A stretch of DNA of 64,000 bases. Origin: Anthoceros angustus (Eukaryota; Plantae; Anthocerotophyta). Below, piece by piece: positions 62,042-64,000 of the stretch (positions are counted from its first letter, which is position 1; the number at the start of each line of letters is the position of its first letter). A program made the position numbers and the translations under genes. Location of the stretch: assembly GCA_010909165.1 (NCBI GenBank), contig VJWM01000117.1:1-64000 (forward strand), read 5' to 3'. The notes under the pieces were generated by a model, which saw only the letters and a program-made list of their open reading frames with translations, was not told where the DNA came from and did not search any database.

Positions 62042-62338
62042 CCCCGTTCCCAGTAAGCAACGAAGCGTCGAGGCCCTGTGAAGGCAGCGCGTGTCGGATG
62101 ACCACATAATCCATTAGATAGGAATGGTTCCAACGATCGTTAACACTGTCGTTCTCCCTCTGGCACCATTCGGACATATCATAAGCAAAACCTTGCCTGT
62201 ATGCTCAATTTCCAACCCCAATTTTCTGGCCGTTTCCTCCGTCATGATATTCACACCTGACCCCGTATCGAGAGGTACCCCTTTTATGATGCATCCCGCG
62301 ATCTCTACCTGGAGTTCCGCTGGCCCTTGGTCAACCAT
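62042..62338 (-). pseudogene. pol: Gypsy aspartic protease
   Basis: VPLDTGSGVNIMTEETARKLGL. Confidence 0.93.
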
Positions 62339-62339
62339 G

Positions 62340-64000
62340 GATACTAGGTTGACAGCAAGTGGTCTTGGTCCGGTTTAGGAAGGCGTTGCTTTTCTTGGGC
62401 TGGGCTTCCTTCAATGCCCTCCTGATCTGCTGCCTATCTGTGGTTGTCTCGAAGGAGTTGTCCAGAATGATCATCTTGATCCATGATGGCCTCTGCCAAG
62501 TTAAAAAACACCTTCGTTTTTCCTCCGAGTTTACGTTGGTTGTAGATTCCAACTTAGGCTTCGACAGTGGCTTCCTCGGTGGGGTGGCGGACTGTGGTGG
62601 GGTAGCATTGGAAACCGGCATCTCCGCCTCGACCACCTTGGCCTTCTTGCCCAGTTCCTCCTGGATCATATCCATAACCTCTTCCCGTCTGGTGGAAATC
62701 CTAACCCATCTTTTTTTCACCGAATTCTGGGTAGCTTGTAAAGTGTCTTCAATTATGTCCGTTCAATTCCTTTCCACTGCTTTGAATTTGCACCCTCGTC
62801 CACTGGAACACTCATCTCACCTCGTACCTTCCTCACCTTCCCATTGGTTCGTCGCCAAAATTGATGCGCTTGGGTCCGTTCCACCTCACAGCGCCGTTTA
62901 CGCAAATTTTGTCATTCCCTCGCGCCGAAAGCGCTCCCCTCATCCGACCACCGTGGTATCCACCTCCTTTCTTCTTTTCCTTCCCCACGCCTCTTCTCCT
63001 TAGCTTTTGAGCTGCGTTCAGCGACCATGGCGGATACCTCCCATAATAATCACTATCGTGGCATCTAAACCCTCTAAGCTCCTTAGGGTCTTAATCTCGG
63101 CGTCCTCCCATAGCCATCAACGCGTCTTCAACATGCATGGCGAGCCACGGAACCTTGGCTCGGCCGGTGAACCCCGTCGGTGGTGCGATCTGGCGTTTTG
63201 GTGTTTTGGCGGTACGCTTGCCAAATGCCCTGCTTGCTTGACCTGAGTTTATCGAAATCTCCATTGCCTTGAGTTGGATAAGGCATGCGCATAGTGTCCA
63301 AGGTTGCGGTTGTAGGGGGTGCCCATTGGATTGTTACCGCCCGGTGATTACGAACCCTACGGCGAATTTCGTAAGTTGGAGGGATACATAGTCTTTAATT
63401 TTTGTTGCATACTTCACGAATTTGGTATGTATCCTCCAGTATCTTCCTCTTCCTCCTCATATCCGAGCAGATGCACTCTTGTTGTCGGGCAGTTAGCCTT
63501 GAAATGACCCTGCTGCCCGCACGTTGAACAGAAGAGGTTAGCTCGTGGATTCGTGACAGCTCTCCTTCTCTCGTGCTCCTTTACCGCGTTAAGATGGAAT
63601 TTCTCGAATTTTGCCATTATCTCTTCCATCTTGTTGTTCCACTCTCTTGGCTGCCACCTCAGCCTCCCTCCTTGCTTGTTCCGCGTCCTTTTTCGCGTAC
63701 ATCGCCTCTTGTTTTGCCCTTGCCAGCTCCTTGTTGTCCCGTGCACGACCCTTCATTTTCTTTTTCCATTTGGCGCGCTCCTCATCTGATGACGCTTCCT
63801 CCGAACTGTCACTCGTTTCCTCCTCAGGAACTTTCACATGGAATCTTACGTGGAGCTCTCTTCACCGATGAACTTTCTTAGGAGGATGAGGATCCCTTCT
63901 CTTTTTCCGATCACAGGCTTCTTCTTCTCCTTCTTAGCCTTCCTCCTCCTTGCGGGTTGGATTCCTCATAGTTTAGCCGCCTTGATAGCCTTGCCCAAAT
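62340..64000 (-). pseudogene. gag: Gypsy gag C-terminal part with CCHC zinc knuckle
   Basis: CSTCGQQGHFKANC at ~63489-63530, within a charged low-complexity gag region. Confidence 0.88.

Larger units (their letters stand above)
38699..64000 (-). mobile_element. Athila-like Ty3/Gypsy retrotransposon (5' end beyond the window) with nested insertions
   Basis: Minus-strand gag, PR, RT, RH, IN, hairpin/PPT and 3' LTR, colinear once the insertions are removed. Confidence 0.85.

Noticed and set aside
56108-62048. Helitron (TC...CTAG)
   Set aside because: No A|T target site or terminal hairpin; a 5-bp direct repeat and CA end fit an LTR better.

Overview
Eukaryotic, plant-type genomic DNA, probably from a streptophyte alga or a non-seed plant (inferred from TE types; the species cannot be identified). 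Only about 2 kb is ordinary host gene: a convergent pair of intronless secreted-protein genes, a dirigent-like protein (2146-2808, +) and a LamG/concanavalin-A-like protein (3220-3978, -). Most of the rest is a nested transposon stack. (1) Two divergent Ty3/Gypsy retrotransposons encode a DNMT3-like C5 cytosine methyltransferase inside pol. One is a + strand fragment (about 9.3-11.6 kb). The other is a near-complete - strand element (about 11.6-35.1 kb) with the order gag-PR-DNMT-RT-RH-IN-PHD, followed by a ~4 kb accessory region containing an Alfin/PAL-like remnant, and with non-canonical B...A-B-A terminal repeats. It is interrupted by a CACTA element and by a TSD-flanked non-autonomous LTR element. 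(2) An Athila-like Gypsy (38699 to beyond 64000, -) has a 3.5 kb LTR that itself contains an ORF. It is interrupted by two gene-carrying giant solo LTRs, one of which hosts a complete, young Copia (43038-50304). (3) hAT remnants and minisatellites are also present. Pervasive 1-3 bp deletions, even in the young Copia, suggest that many frameshifts are sequencing or consensus errors rather than decay. All domain calls come from motifs read by eye; no database search was run.
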